Shown here in pieces: positions 20,217 to 29,659 of a stretch of DNA of 56,986 bases. The stretch is from Blastocatellia bacterium (lineage in GTDB: Bacteria > Acidobacteriota > Blastocatellia > RBC074): contig JBJXFM010000096.1 in assembly GCA_046155425.1 (NCBI GenBank), forward strand, positions 1 through 56,986, given 5' to 3'. The notes beneath the pieces were generated by a model that had not been told where the DNA came from, searched no databases, and saw nothing but the letters and a program-made list of their open reading frames with translations. Position 1 is the first letter of the stretch, and the number at the start of each line of letters is the position of its first letter. Position numbers and translations under genes: made by a program.

Positions 20217-21287
20217 TCAGGCGGCCTCGCGGATGCCCGCCCTGGCGGCTTCGATAAACGCGCGGGCGTTATCCACCGGAACCTGCGGCATGATGCCATG
20301 GCCCAGGTTCATGATGTGGCCGGTTGGCGGCGCTTTTTTGAGAATCTCGCGAACTCCCTCGGCAATGGTTTCCGGCGTGCCGAGCAATGCGCAGGGATCG
20401 AAATTGCCCTGCAGGGCCAGGTTTTCAAACCCGGCGGCGCGCAGGCGTTTCTGCGCATGGGCGATGTCGATGCGCCAGTCCAGGCTCAGCACGTTGGCCC
20501 CGGACTCGGCCATCAGTTCCAGCACGTGGCTGCATCCGTTGACATACAGAATGGCCGGAACGCCCAGCCCGGCGGGTCCGCGGCGCAACCGCTCGAACAC
20601 CTGGCGCTGATAGGCGTGGGCAAATTCCTCGTAATCGGGGGCCGACAGATCACCCGCCCAGGTGTCGAACAGCTGAATGACCTGGGCGCCGGCTTCGATC
20701 TGCGCGTTGAGATAATCCACCACCGTGTCCGCGATCTTTGTCAGCAGGCGATGCAGCAGGCGGGGGTTCGCGAACATCATCCGTTTGATTTCCGCATGAT
20801 TTTTCGCCGTGCCGCCCTCGACCATATAGGACGCCAGTGTATAAGGCGCGCCGGCGAATCCGATCAGCGGCGCTTCGTCGGACAGCTGTCTGCGCAACAG
20901 GCGGATCAGATCCATGACATAGCCGGTCTTTTCCACCGGGTCGGGGACGATCAGCTTTTTGACCTGCGCTTCCGTGCGAATGGGGTTTTCCAGCACGGGG
21001 CCTTTGCTTTCGATGATGTCCACTTTCATGCCCATCGCTTCGACGGGCACGAGGATGTCGGAAAACATGATCACCGCGTCCACGCCGAGCAGGTCATAGG
21101 GCTGCATGGACACCTCGGCGGCCATCTCCGGCGTCTTGCACAATTCCATGAAGGTCGTTTTTTCGCGGACAGCGCGGTATTCGGGCAGGTAACGGCCGGC
21201 CTGGCGCATCATCCAGACGGGCGCGCGATCCACCTCCTGGCGGCGGCAGGCGCGAAGCAGACGATCGTTTTTGCAGGCTCTTTTCAT
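20217..21287 (-). CDS. hemE: Uroporphyrinogen decarboxylase
   Basis: It has the NDRLLRACRRQEVDRAPVWMMRQAGRYLPEY signature. The start is taken at ATG 21287. Confidence 0.9.
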   Translation of the reverse strand: MKRACKNDRLLRACRRQEVDRAPVWMMRQAGRYLPEYRAVREKTTFMELCKTPEMAAEVSMQPYDLLGVDAVIMFSDILVPVEAMGMKVDIIESKGPVLENPIRTEAQVKKLIVPDPVEKTGYVMDLIRLLRRQLSDEAPLIGFAGAPYTLASYMVEGGTAKNHAEIKRMMFANPRLLHRLLTKIADTVVDYLNAQIEAGAQVIQLFDTWAGDLSAPDYEEFAHAYQRQVFERLRRGPAGLGVPAILYVNGCSHVLELMAESGANVLSLDWRIDIAHAQKRLRAAGFENLALQGNFDPCALLGTPETIAEGVREILKKAPPTGHIMNLGHGIMPQVPVDNARAFIEAARAGIREAA

Positions 21288-21408
21288 GTGTGGCGCCGGG
21301 GATACGTCTTTTATGGTTTCTGAAAATGACCGGGGCATCTTAGCACAGACAACCGGAAAGGCATGGACAGGGGCGTGGGTTTTTACAAAAGGCGCGTCGT
21401 GTCCGGAG

Positions 21409-22431
21409 TCAGCTGTTTTTCTCGCGGGAGCCGGTCATGGCGGCGATGATTTGTTTGCCGTGAAAACGCCCATTCTCGATAAAGATTTTTCCGGTTTCCC
21501 GGCCGGCGATGACTACGCCGGCAAGGTAAACACCGGGGACATTGGATTCCAGCGTGTCCGGATGGAAAGCCGGTTTGGTGGTTTCGGGGTCGATGGCCAC
21601 GCCGAGCGCCCGCAGAAAACCGTTGTCCGTGTGATATCCGGTCATGGCAAAGACAAAGTCGTTGGCCAGTTCCGTGACGGCATTCGTGTCGAGATTGTGC
21701 AGGCGGATCGCGGCAGGCGTGATTTCCGTGACGACGGTCCGGAAATGCGCGCGGATTTCCCCGGCCGCGAGGCGGTTTTCCAGGTCGGGCAGGATCCAGT
21801 ATTTGATGCTGCGTTTGACCTCGTGACCACGGTGAATGAGCGTGACATGCGCGCCATGACGATACAGATCCAGCGCGGCCAGGGCGGCGGAATTGCCCGC
21901 GCCGATCACGGCCACTTCGCGCTGATAAAACGGATGCGCGTCGCGGTAATAGTGCGACACCCTGGGCAGGTCCTCGCCGGGAATGCCCATGAGGTTGGCG
22001 TGATCGTAATAGCCGATGGCGATGATCAGCCTGCGCGCCTTGTATGTCCGCGTGGCCTCGGTTCGCTCCTGTTCCGTGCGGACGGTGAAATCGCCTTCCT
22101 GTCCGCTGACGGCCACGACCTTTTCATATTGCCGGATGGGCAGCTGGTAAGTGTCGGCGACGCGGCGGTAATACTTGAGGGCTTCGATGCGGTTGGGCTT
22201 ATCGCGTTCGCAGACAAAGGGCAGGTCGCCGATTTCGAGGAGTTCGGGCGTTGTGAAAAAAACCATGGCCGTCGGGTAATGGTACAGCGAATTGACCAGA
22301 CAGCCTTTCTCGATCACGAGGGCGCTGAGTTCCGCGCGCCGTGCCTCGATGGCGCAGGCCAGGCCCGTCGGCCCGCCGCCGATGACAATGACGTCCAGCA
22401 GGGCAGGCAACGGCGCGGGTTCATTGTGCAA
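21409..22431 (-). CDS. ypdA: YpdA-family FAD-dependent disulfide reductase (putative bacillithiol disulfide reductase type)
   Basis: 340 aa. It has VIVIGGGPTGLACAIE, then LVIEKGCLVNSLYHYPTAMVFFTTPELLEIG, then a second dinucleotide motif VAVIGAGNSA. Confidence 0.75.
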   Translation of the reverse strand: MHNEPAPLPALLDVIVIGGGPTGLACAIEARRAELSALVIEKGCLVNSLYHYPTAMVFFTTPELLEIGDLPFVCERDKPNRIEALKYYRRVADTYQLPIRQYEKVVAVSGQEGDFTVRTEQERTEATRTYKARRLIIAIGYYDHANLMGIPGEDLPRVSHYYRDAHPFYQREVAVIGAGNSAALAALDLYRHGAHVTLIHRGHEVKRSIKYWILPDLENRLAAGEIRAHFRTVVTEITPAAIRLHNLDTNAVTELANDFVFAMTGYHTDNGFLRALGVAIDPETTKPAFHPDTLESNVPGVYLAGVVIAGRETGKIFIENGRFHGKQIIAAMTGSREKNS

Positions 22432-22783
22432 GGCGATGATCCTCGAAATAAAAGGCCGGCCCGCAGACCAGCAGCAGGCGCATGTCTTCCACGCCGGTGT
22501 TTGTCAGCGTGTGCTGGCGATGGGTGGGAATGTAGACCGCGTCGCCGGCGGCCACGGCCTGGGATTCATCGCCAATGGTCATCACGCCGCTGCCGCTGAG
22601 GATGTAATAGATTTCCTCGAGGACTTCGTGGTGATGCGGCGAGACGGTTTTGCCAGGCGGCAGAATTTCCTCGGCCAGGGAACACTGCGTGACGGAGGAG
22701 GTAGTGCGATCGATCAGCGGGCGTATCTCGGACCCATGTGGTGTGTGGAGGATTTTCGCATCCTGGCGATTGACGATGAGCAT
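22421..22783 (-). CDS. Cupin domain protein
   Basis: Only the C-terminal 120 aa of the 248-aa track ORF looks real (MLIVNRQDAK...PHHHEVLEEIYYILSGSG...AVYIPTHRQH). The upstream part overlaps argG. Its 3' end overlaps the ypdA-like start by 11 nt. Confidence 0.7.
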   Translation of the reverse strand: MLIVNRQDAKILHTPHGSEIRPLIDRTTSSVTQCSLAEEILPPGKTVSPHHHEVLEEIYYILSGSGVMTIGDESQAVAAGDAVYIPTHRQHTLTNTGVEDMRLLLVCGPAFYFEDHRLAQ

Positions 22784-22842
22784 AGGCGGTGTATGCGCGG
22801 CCACGCGACCGGAACAGCTGTCCGGCCGCGCGGCCTTGCGGG

Positions 22843-24045
22843 TTATTTCTGCGCCAGGGCCTGGACCTTCAGCGGCAGGCCGAAGATGTTGATGAAACCA
22901 GCGGCGTCGCGCTGATCGTAACTCGCGCCCATGGTGAAGGACGCCAGATCGGGACGGTACAGGGTGTTCGGCGATGTGCGCCCGGCGATGATGACATTGC
23001 CTTTGTACAATTTGAGTCTGCACGACCCGCTGACCTTTGCGGCCAGCGTGTTGACGAAGGCGTCGAGCGACTCGCGCAGTGGCGTGAACCACTGGCCGAA
23101 ATAGACCATGTCGGCGTATTTGTGCGCGAGGACTTCCTTGAAATGCGCGGACTCGCGGTCCAGACACAGGCCTTCGAGTTCACGCAGCGCGGCCAACAGC
23201 ATTGTCCCGCCGGGTGTTTCATAACAACCGCGTGATTTCATCCCGACCAGACGATTTTCCACGAGGTCGATGCGGCCAATGCCGTGGCGGCTGCCGATTT
23301 CATTGAGCTTTTGCAGCAGAGGCACAGGATCGAGTTGCTCGCCGTTGACGCCGACCGGCGTGGCTTTATCGAAAGTGATTTCGACATATTCGGCGGTGTC
23401 GGGCGCGTCCTCGGGGGATTTGGTCAGCATGTACATGGCCTCTTCCGGTTCGGAAGCGGGATCTTCGAGGATGCCGCCTTCGTGGGAGATGTGCCAGATG
23501 TTGCGGTCGCGGCTGTAAATTTTCTCGCGGCTGGCGGTGATCGGAATTTTACGCTCGGCGGCGTAATCAATGGCGTCCTCGCGCGAGACGATATTCCATT
23601 CGCGCCACGGCGCGATGACCGGCAGCTGCGGCGCGAGAGCTTTGTATGTAAGTTCGAAACGCACCTGGTCATTGCCCTTGCCCGTGCAGCCGTGACAGAG
23701 CGCGTCGCAGCCGGTGGCGAGGGCGATCTCGACCTGTTTTTTCGCGATGATGGGGCGGGCAAAGGAAGTGCCCAGCAGATATTTGTGTTCGTACACGGCG
23801 CCGGCGCGCAACGTGGGCCAGATATAGTCGCGGACGAACTCATGGCGCAGATCCTCGATATAAACCTCGGAGGCGCCCGTGGCGATGGCCTTTTCGTGCA
23901 GACCCTCGAGTTCCTCATCCTGGCCAACATCGCCGGCGATGGCGACGACCTCGCAATGATAATTTTCCCTGAGCCAGGGAATGATAATGGATGTGTCCAG
24001 GCCGCCCGAATAGGCGAGCGCAACCTTCTTGTATTGAGCAGTCAT
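22843..24045 (-). CDS. argG: Argininosuccinate synthase
   Basis: 400 aa. It has [27 protein letters not shown] and the C-terminal synthase pattern. Confidence 0.95.
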   Translation of the reverse strand: MTAQYKKVALAYSGGLDTSIIIPWLRENYHCEVVAIAGDVGQDEELEGLHEKAIATGASEVYIEDLRHEFVRDYIWPTLRAGAVYEHKYLLGTSFARPIIAKKQVEIALATGCDALCHGCTGKGNDQVRFELTYKALAPQLPVIAPWREWNIVSREDAIDYAAERKIPITASREKIYSRDRNIWHISHEGGILEDPASEPEEAMYMLTKSPEDAPDTAEYVEITFDKATPVGVNGEQLDPVPLLQKLNEIGSRHGIGRIDLVENRLVGMKSRGCYETPGGTMLLAALRELEGLCLDRESAHFKEVLAHKYADMVYFGQWFTPLRESLDAFVNTLAAKVSGSCRLKLYKGNVIIAGRTSPNTLYRPDLASFTMGASYDQRDAAGFINIFGLPLKVQALAQK

Positions 24046-24609
24046 CGGTCAGACAGTGCCTCCATGAATGATGTGGGTGAATGGTTGATCGCGAATTATA
24101 CACACGCGCAGCGCAATCCCGAAGCGCGGGGACAACTGAAGCAGAAATATGGACGGGCTTTGTTTAAAGGCGTCCAGGCCGTTTTACAATCCCAATCAAC
24201 CGTGTTACAAAAGAAATTGTCATTGCCCCGGGTAGCGGTCGCTATCCTCTTTGCGGAACCTCAACCGCAAGATCATTCATAGAATTGGCGAAAAAAATTC
24301 AGTGGCAGGATGGTATATCTGCCTGCGGGATTTCGGACGAACGCTTGTTATTACCGGGCAGGCGGATTTTCGTTGATGGCGAATTTTGCTGATCCTCTGT
24401 GGTTTTTTGCCGGGAAATGATCAGCAAGGTTCAGGCTGTGGTTTTTACCCGGCCGGATGGCGGGTTTTTGGCGCGGGCGACGCCGTTTTGTTGACGTCTG
24501 CTGTGTCTCTGTGTCGGTTCGGGCCGTCTGACAGGGATGTAGCATGTGACAGGACAGCGCCCGGGCGTGGGCCTTGTTGTCTGGCTCCCCGTATTCAGGA
24601 GTACACCCC

Positions 24610-25836
24610 ATGTTGACAGCAGCTTCCCGTGTGCTGGCTGTGCGCGGTTTTGGTCTGTTTGCGCTGTTTTTGTCCCTGTTTTTGGCAATGAACGGGGCAA
24701 TGGCCCAGACCACCGCGCTTGATGCCGAAGAGCAGGCGTTTGTAAAACTGATCAATGAATACCGCGCGCAGAATGGCCTGTCCGCCCTCCGGGTGTCGGT
24801 GGCCCTGACGCAGTCCTCGAAATGGATGAGCGCGGACATGATCGCCCGGAATTATTTTCCCTTTAATCACGTCGACAGTCTGGGCCGCGATCCGTTTCAG
24901 CGGATGACCCAGTTCAATTACGGCTACAACACATGGCGTGGTGAAAACATCGCGGCTGGTTATGGCGAGGCGACCTATACCTTTCAGCAATGGAAAAATT
25001 CGGCCAGTCACAACGCCAACATGCTCAACCCGAATTACAACGTGATCGGGGTGGGCCGTGGCTATGGCGCGACGGCCACCTATCGCTGGTACTGGACCAC
25101 GGATTTTGGCGGGTATGTCGATGCGACCATTGAAGCGGTACAGCCGAATCTGCCCAGGGTGGTGACGGTCAATTCCGCCAATTACCGTGACACGGTTTCT
25201 TCCGACTCGATTGCCTCCGCTTATGGGACAAATCTGGCGTCCGTGACGCTTTCAGCGACCACGCGGCCGTTGCCGACCAGCCTGGGCAATATCAGCGTGT
25301 CGGTGGAAGGACAGCTCGCCCAGCTGTTGTATGTCTCGCCAACACAGATCAATTACATCGTGCCGCAGAACGTCGCTCCCGGCGTGGCCAACGTACGCGT
25401 GCAGTCGGGAAATGGGCTCGTGCTGGCGGGTGGGACGGTGAACATCAGCCCGGTCAGCCCCAGTCTGTTTACCCTGTCCGCCAGCGGGCTGGGCGTGCCG
25501 ACGGGCCTGACAACCTATAACGGCGTGGTGTTCGAACCCATTTCGAATCTGGATGGCACGGCGCGCCCCTTGTCGGTTGGCAATGCGGCGAACCCAAATT
25601 TTCTGATCCTGTTCGGAACCGGTATCCGGTACCGTTCAGCGGTCACGAATGTCACGTCCATGATTGGTGGTGTTCCGGCCGAGGTCATGTTTGCGGGCGC
25701 GCAGGGAGATTTTGTGGGCCTTGACCAGGTGAATATCAAAATCCCGGCCAGTCTGCGTGGGCGTGGGCAGGCGGAAGTCGTTCTCTGGGTAGATGGCAGG
25801 GAAGCGAACCGCGTGATGATCAACATCGGCAACTGA
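24610..25836 (+). CDS. Secreted CAP/SCP (PR-1-like) domain protein with a TIGR03437-type C-terminal domain
   Basis: ATG 24610 is preceded by CAGGAG and followed by a signal peptide (FALFLSLFLAMNGAMAQ). The CAP region contains MSADMIARNYF...GENIAAG...SASHNANMLNPNY. The C-terminal half (VNSANYRD...SIASAYGTNLA...LLYVSPTQINYIVP...EVMFAGAQGDFVGLDQVNIKIP) is the Solibacter-type TIGR03437 pattern, named from memory. Confidence 0.8.
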   Translation: MLTAASRVLAVRGFGLFALFLSLFLAMNGAMAQTTALDAEEQAFVKLINEYRAQNGLSALRVSVALTQSSKWMSADMIARNYFPFNHVDSLGRDPFQRMTQFNYGYNTWRGENIAAGYGEATYTFQQWKNSASHNANMLNPNYNVIGVGRGYGATATYRWYWTTDFGGYVDATIEAVQPNLPRVVTVNSANYRDTVSSDSIASAYGTNLASVTLSATTRPLPTSLGNISVSVEGQLAQLLYVSPTQINYIVPQNVAPGVANVRVQSGNGLVLAGGTVNISPVSPSLFTLSASGLGVPTGLTTYNGVVFEPISNLDGTARPLSVGNAANPNFLILFGTGIRYRSAVTNVTSMIGGVPAEVMFAGAQGDFVGLDQVNIKIPASLRGRGQAEVVLWVDGREANRVMINIGN

Positions 25837-25933
25837 GCCTGCTTCCGGTCGCTGTCGCAAAGACAACCTGGAGATACAGGCTCCTGGTGAATCAGGTTTT
25901 TATCGGCCCCGATCCCCCAAATACGCGGCTGGT

Positions 25934-25985
25934 AATAAAAAGAGCACAGGGTGTGCGAGCCCCGCCCCTGTGCTCTTTTTCTTTT
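25934..25985. terminator. Bidirectional rho-independent terminator between convergent genes
   Basis: An 11-bp perfect stem AGAGCACAGGG (25941-25951) pairs with CCCTGTGCTCT (25966-25976). It is flanked by AATAAAA on one side and TTTTCTTTT on the other. Confidence 0.75.
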
Positions 25986-25994
25986 ATCAGGATG

Positions 25995-27074
25995 TTATGT
26001 GTGGCGCGTTGACCTGTCCTGCGTCATGCGGGTGGACTGGCGGACCAGGTCGGCCGCCAGCCGGATGGCCTGCGTCATGCTCGCATATTCGGCGATGCCC
26101 TGGCCGGCAATGTCAAAGGCTGTTCCGTGATCCACCGATGTGCGCACAAACGGAAGCCCGAGCGTGACGTTCACGGCCTGGCCGAAGGACAGACACTTGA
26201 CGGGAATCAGCCCCTGATCGTGATAACAGGACAGCACGATATCGAATTCGCCGCGGGCCGCGCGCACAAAAATGGTATCGCCGGAAAAAGGTCCGCTGAT
26301 ATCGATTCCTTCCGCACGGCAGCTTTCCACCGCCGGCAGCATTTCCGTTGCTTCCTCATGACCAAATAATCCACCTTCGCCACCGTGCGGGTTGATGGCG
26401 GCGAGGGCCATGCGCGGCGCGTTGAAGCCCAGCCATGTCAATTCGCGATGTGTCAGGCGGATCAGCTTTTCCAGACGCGGGCGGGTCACCTGGCGGATCG
26501 CCTCGGCGAGAGGCAGATGCGTGGTCAGCAGGGCGACGCGTAATCCCGGCGCGGTAAAACTCATGGCGAAGTCTTCCGTCGCGGTCAGCGCGGCCAGAAA
26601 CTCCGTATGGCCCGGCCATGGATAGCCACCCAGGTGCAGGGCGGCTTTATTGATGGGCGCGGTCGTCAGGCCGTCCAGAAAACCAGCCTGGCACAGGCGT
26701 ACGGCCGTTTCGATGTATTGCCCGGCCGCGCGTCCGCAGACAGCCTGTTCACGACCCATTTCGATGGAGTCGGGAAGGTTGCCGAGGTCATAAAGCGTCG
26801 CGCGGGCGAAGCCGGAAAGGGTGGGCAGTTCCTCGCCATGGGTGAGGCGCACGCTGTCGAAATCCCATGCGCAATGCAACATGTCCGCCTGGCGCGCAAG
26901 ATAGCGGGCATCGCCAATCACAACCGGGATGCATGACGCGCGGACACCGGGATCCCGGATGGCCCGCAGTGTTATTTCAGGACCAATCCCGGCGGGATCA
27001 CCGATCGTGACCCCGATGCGTGGAAGTAAAGCGGGGGAGGGAGTTGGATCAGATGGATACGCAGGCTCGGACAT
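25995..27074 (-). CDS. pdxA: 4-hydroxythreonine-4-phosphate dehydrogenase
   Basis: 359 aa. It has IGDPAGIGPEI, GHTEFLA and RTSVDHGTAFDIAG motifs. Confidence 0.9.
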   Translation of the reverse strand: MSEPAYPSDPTPSPALLPRIGVTIGDPAGIGPEITLRAIRDPGVRASCIPVVIGDARYLARQADMLHCAWDFDSVRLTHGEELPTLSGFARATLYDLGNLPDSIEMGREQAVCGRAAGQYIETAVRLCQAGFLDGLTTAPINKAALHLGGYPWPGHTEFLAALTATEDFAMSFTAPGLRVALLTTHLPLAEAIRQVTRPRLEKLIRLTHRELTWLGFNAPRMALAAINPHGGEGGLFGHEEATEMLPAVESCRAEGIDISGPFSGDTIFVRAARGEFDIVLSCYHDQGLIPVKCLSFGQAVNVTLGLPFVRTSVDHGTAFDIAGQGIAEYASMTQAIRLAADLVRQSTRMTQDRSTRHT

Positions 27075-27138
27075 GACGTGGGTTACAGGGCCGTGAAGAA
27101 ATGGACACGAGCATATCCGATCAGGACCCGGCGAGGTT

Positions 27139-27492
27139 TTAATCTTCGCCGGCCTCGTCGTCCTTATATAGATACTTGATGTTGTGTTTCAGGATGAGCA
27201 GATTGGGGCCTTCATTACGGTGTAGTTTGAGGCTGCCCTTGTCATACCACTCAATGGTGCCATGCAGGATTTCACCATCCTGGAGGACGAGGACCATGGG
27301 GGTACGCGAATCCATCTGCTTTTTATAATAAAAGCTTTCGGCGTTGGTTTGCTCGGGTGGCACTTTTTTCCGCTGCGCGCTGCCGCCGCCGCCCGGGCTT
27401 TCCTTCGGCTGATGTTGTTGTTGCGAGACGTGGCGGTGGTGTTCGCGTTCCTTGACTTCCGCCAGTGTGGTTCGAATCAGTTTCCTGTTCAC
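27139..27492 (-). CDS. Hfq-like Sm-fold RNA-binding protein with a ~50-aa basic N-terminal extension
   Basis: The C-terminal 60 aa, [46 protein letters not shown], aligns by eye to Hfq Sm1 (VxIxLxNGxxLxGxIxxFD) and Sm2 (YKHAI, here LKHNI). Confidence 0.6.
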   Translation of the reverse strand: MNRKLIRTTLAEVKEREHHRHVSQQQHQPKESPGGGGSAQRKKVPPEQTNAESFYYKKQMDSRTPMVLVLQDGEILHGTIEWYDKGSLKLHRNEGPNLLILKHNIKYLYKDDEAGED

Positions 27493-27983
27493 GCTTGCTC
27501 CTCCTCTTTTCGCGACGTGTGTGATGTGGTGGAAATCCGGGCTATTCCGGATCGGGCATAACGGAATGTCCGCCGGTCCAGGCGCTGGATACAGGCCCCG
27601 GAGCGTTAGTTGTTATGCGCCACGACCGGGGCGCAGTGGAAAAGTTCCGGAGAGCTGTCTCCCTGGACATGCGTCGTGGCGGGGATTATCCGGTTTTTTA
27701 TAACCGGATCGCCAGGCTCAATGGCTTTCTTGCATGTGATGTACGAGAGATGGTGCGGGACTAACCGCTTCACCCGGGACGGACCACAGGGATATAAAAG
27801 TTGCTCTGCTGTTATCCGATGCGGAAATACTAACCCAATCAGCCTTTGCTGGCAAGACTAACGGGCTTTATCTGAGCTGGAGGAGGACAGTCAGTCTGTC
27901 GGGCGGGATTTCGGAAAACCGCGAAAGGGAGGCGGGGAGAAGCGCGTTCCGGGGGAGTAACGGAACGCGGGCATCAACCGTTC

Positions 27984-29120
27984 TCAGTCCGCTTTTTTAC
28001 GGATAAAGGTCGGGACATCGAAATCCTCGACATTGCGTCCATGTGCGGGTGTGTGCGGTGCGTTGGTTCGCGGCAGCGCCTGAGGAGGTGTTGTGTTTCC
28101 TCCCTGGCGGACCGGGAAGCTGTGCAGGTTCTCGGTCGCACGATCAAACCCGGTGGCAATCACCGTGATTTTCATCTCGTTGCTCAGCCGTTCGTCGGAA
28201 ACCGTCCCAAAAATGATATTGGCGTCGGGGTCCGCGTGGCTATGGATGACCTTCATCGCTTCATCGACCTCAAACAGGGCGAGGTCGGGACCACCCGTGA
28301 TGTTGACCAGCACGCCACGTGCGCCGTCAATCGAGGCTTCCTCCAGGAGTGGGCTGGAAATGGCGCGGTGCGTCGCCTCAAGGGCGCGGTTTTCGCCGAG
28401 CGCATGACCGGTCCCCATCAGCGCGATGCCCATGCCTTTCATGACAGAGCGGACATCGGCGAAATCCACGTTGATATATCCCGGGATGGTGATCAGGTCC
28501 GAGATGCCCTGGACGGCCTGGCGCAGGACATCATCCGCCATGCGGAAGGAATCGGCCAGCGTCATATTGCGGTCCACGGTCTGGATCAGGCGGTCGTTCG
28601 GAATGGTGATCAGCGTATCGACCACGGACCGCAGTTCCTGCATGCCGGCCTCGGCCTGCCGGAGCCGATGGCGCCCCTCGAAGGGGAAGGGTTTGGTGAC
28701 CACGGCGACGGTCAGCGCGCCCAGTTCGGCGGCGAGCGAGGCAATGATAGGCGCGGCCCCCGTGCCCGTGCCGCCGCCCAGTCCGACCGTGACAAAGACC
28801 ATGTCCGCGCCTTCCAGCGCCTCAATGATTTTGTCGGTGTCCTCGAGTGCGGCGTCGCGGCCGATTTCAGGATTGGCCCCGGCGCCCAGCCCCTTGGTCA
28901 GCTTGGCGCCGATCTGGAGCTTGAGCGAAGCCTGGGATTTTTTCAGCGCCTGCAGGTCGGTATTGGCAACGAGAAACTCAATCCCGTCGATGCGGGCGTC
29001 AATCATGTGATTGACCGCGTTGCCGCCACCACCACCAACGCCCACTACCTTGATGCGCGCCCCCGCCGTGGGCGGATCATCACCAAAGGTGAAGTTCAGA
29101 CCATGATCTTCTGTAGCCAT
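27984..29120 (-). CDS. ftsZ: Cell division GTPase FtsZ
   Basis: 378 aa. It has [11 protein letters not shown] and the tubulin signature [10 protein letters not shown], plus a C-terminal peptide [11 protein letters not shown]. Confidence 0.97.
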   Translation of the reverse strand: MATEDHGLNFTFGDDPPTAGARIKVVGVGGGGGNAVNHMIDARIDGIEFLVANTDLQALKKSQASLKLQIGAKLTKGLGAGANPEIGRDAALEDTDKIIEALEGADMVFVTVGLGGGTGTGAAPIIASLAAELGALTVAVVTKPFPFEGRHRLRQAEAGMQELRSVVDTLITIPNDRLIQTVDRNMTLADSFRMADDVLRQAVQGISDLITIPGYINVDFADVRSVMKGMGIALMGTGHALGENRALEATHRAISSPLLEEASIDGARGVLVNITGGPDLALFEVDEAMKVIHSHADPDANIIFGTVSDERLSNEMKITVIATGFDRATENLHSFPVRQGGNTTPPQALPRTNAPHTPAHGRNVEDFDVPTFIRKKAD

Positions 29121-29416
29121 CCTGCGTCTCCTGCCTGATAGGTATGTGTATCAGAGCCGATCATGTGCCCCGGGCATTGTTCAGACACCAGCGCCCACCT
29201 TAACCACACGCGCCTGATTGTCCCGATATTTGGGTGCTTTGCTGTCTTTGCTTCGACTTAACCATTCGCTTAAACCGCTGTGCGGAAACGCCAATGAAAT
29301 ATGGTTTCACGACGTAATTGCAGTGTGGGATTCTCCGTCAAGGGTCGGCATGCGTGAGCTAAAGACAGACAGCTTCGATACAAGGCACTGACCAGCAATA
29401 TTATGTAAGCGGGTGG

Positions 29417-29444
29417 ATTGTAGCACATCAAATTTTATTGCCAA
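29417..29444 (-). promoter_or_regulatory. Candidate sigma70-type promoter for ftsZ inside the ftsA-ftsZ spacer
   Basis: The minus strand reads TTGGCA (29439-29444), then 16 nt, then TACAAT (29417-29422). An AT-rich tract with repeated ATGAAAAA lies just upstream. This would give an approximately 290-nt leader. Confidence 0.35.
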
Positions 29445-29659
29445 GTGCGGAGGCGCAATTCATCAACTTTTTCATCCAATGTTTTTCATTTTTTATTTCA
29501 ATCCGTTTGAAACCCCTGTCAATAGCGGCTCTCAGGCGTTACTGCGCACGCGCGTTGTCAGCATGCGCGGTGTTTGCGCGGCGCATGTGCTGTACCGGAG
29601 TGAAGCGGTGTCATGCATCCGGATGGTCTGCATGACACGGCTTCGGGATGCGGTCATGT

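Noticed and set aside
22784-23167. The N-terminal 128 aa of the 248-aa ORF at 22421-23167.
   Set aside because: This part overlaps the 3' end of argG in another frame and is Arg-rich nonsense. The cupin fold begins at the internal ATG 22783.
24046-24609. The 564-bp divergent argG/CAP-gene intergenic region, as a possible ARG box, riboswitch or small ORF (including the 162-aa ORF at 24351-24839).
   Set aside because: I found only weak hairpins (for example TGCTGATC...GATCAGCA) and no match to ARG-box or riboswitch cores. The 162-aa ORF overlaps the CAP gene start and has an artefact-like composition.
27469-27478. A tRNA T-loop-like GGTTCGAATC.
   Set aside because: It lies inside the Hfq-like coding sequence, and the surrounding sequence shows no acceptor, D or anticodon arms.
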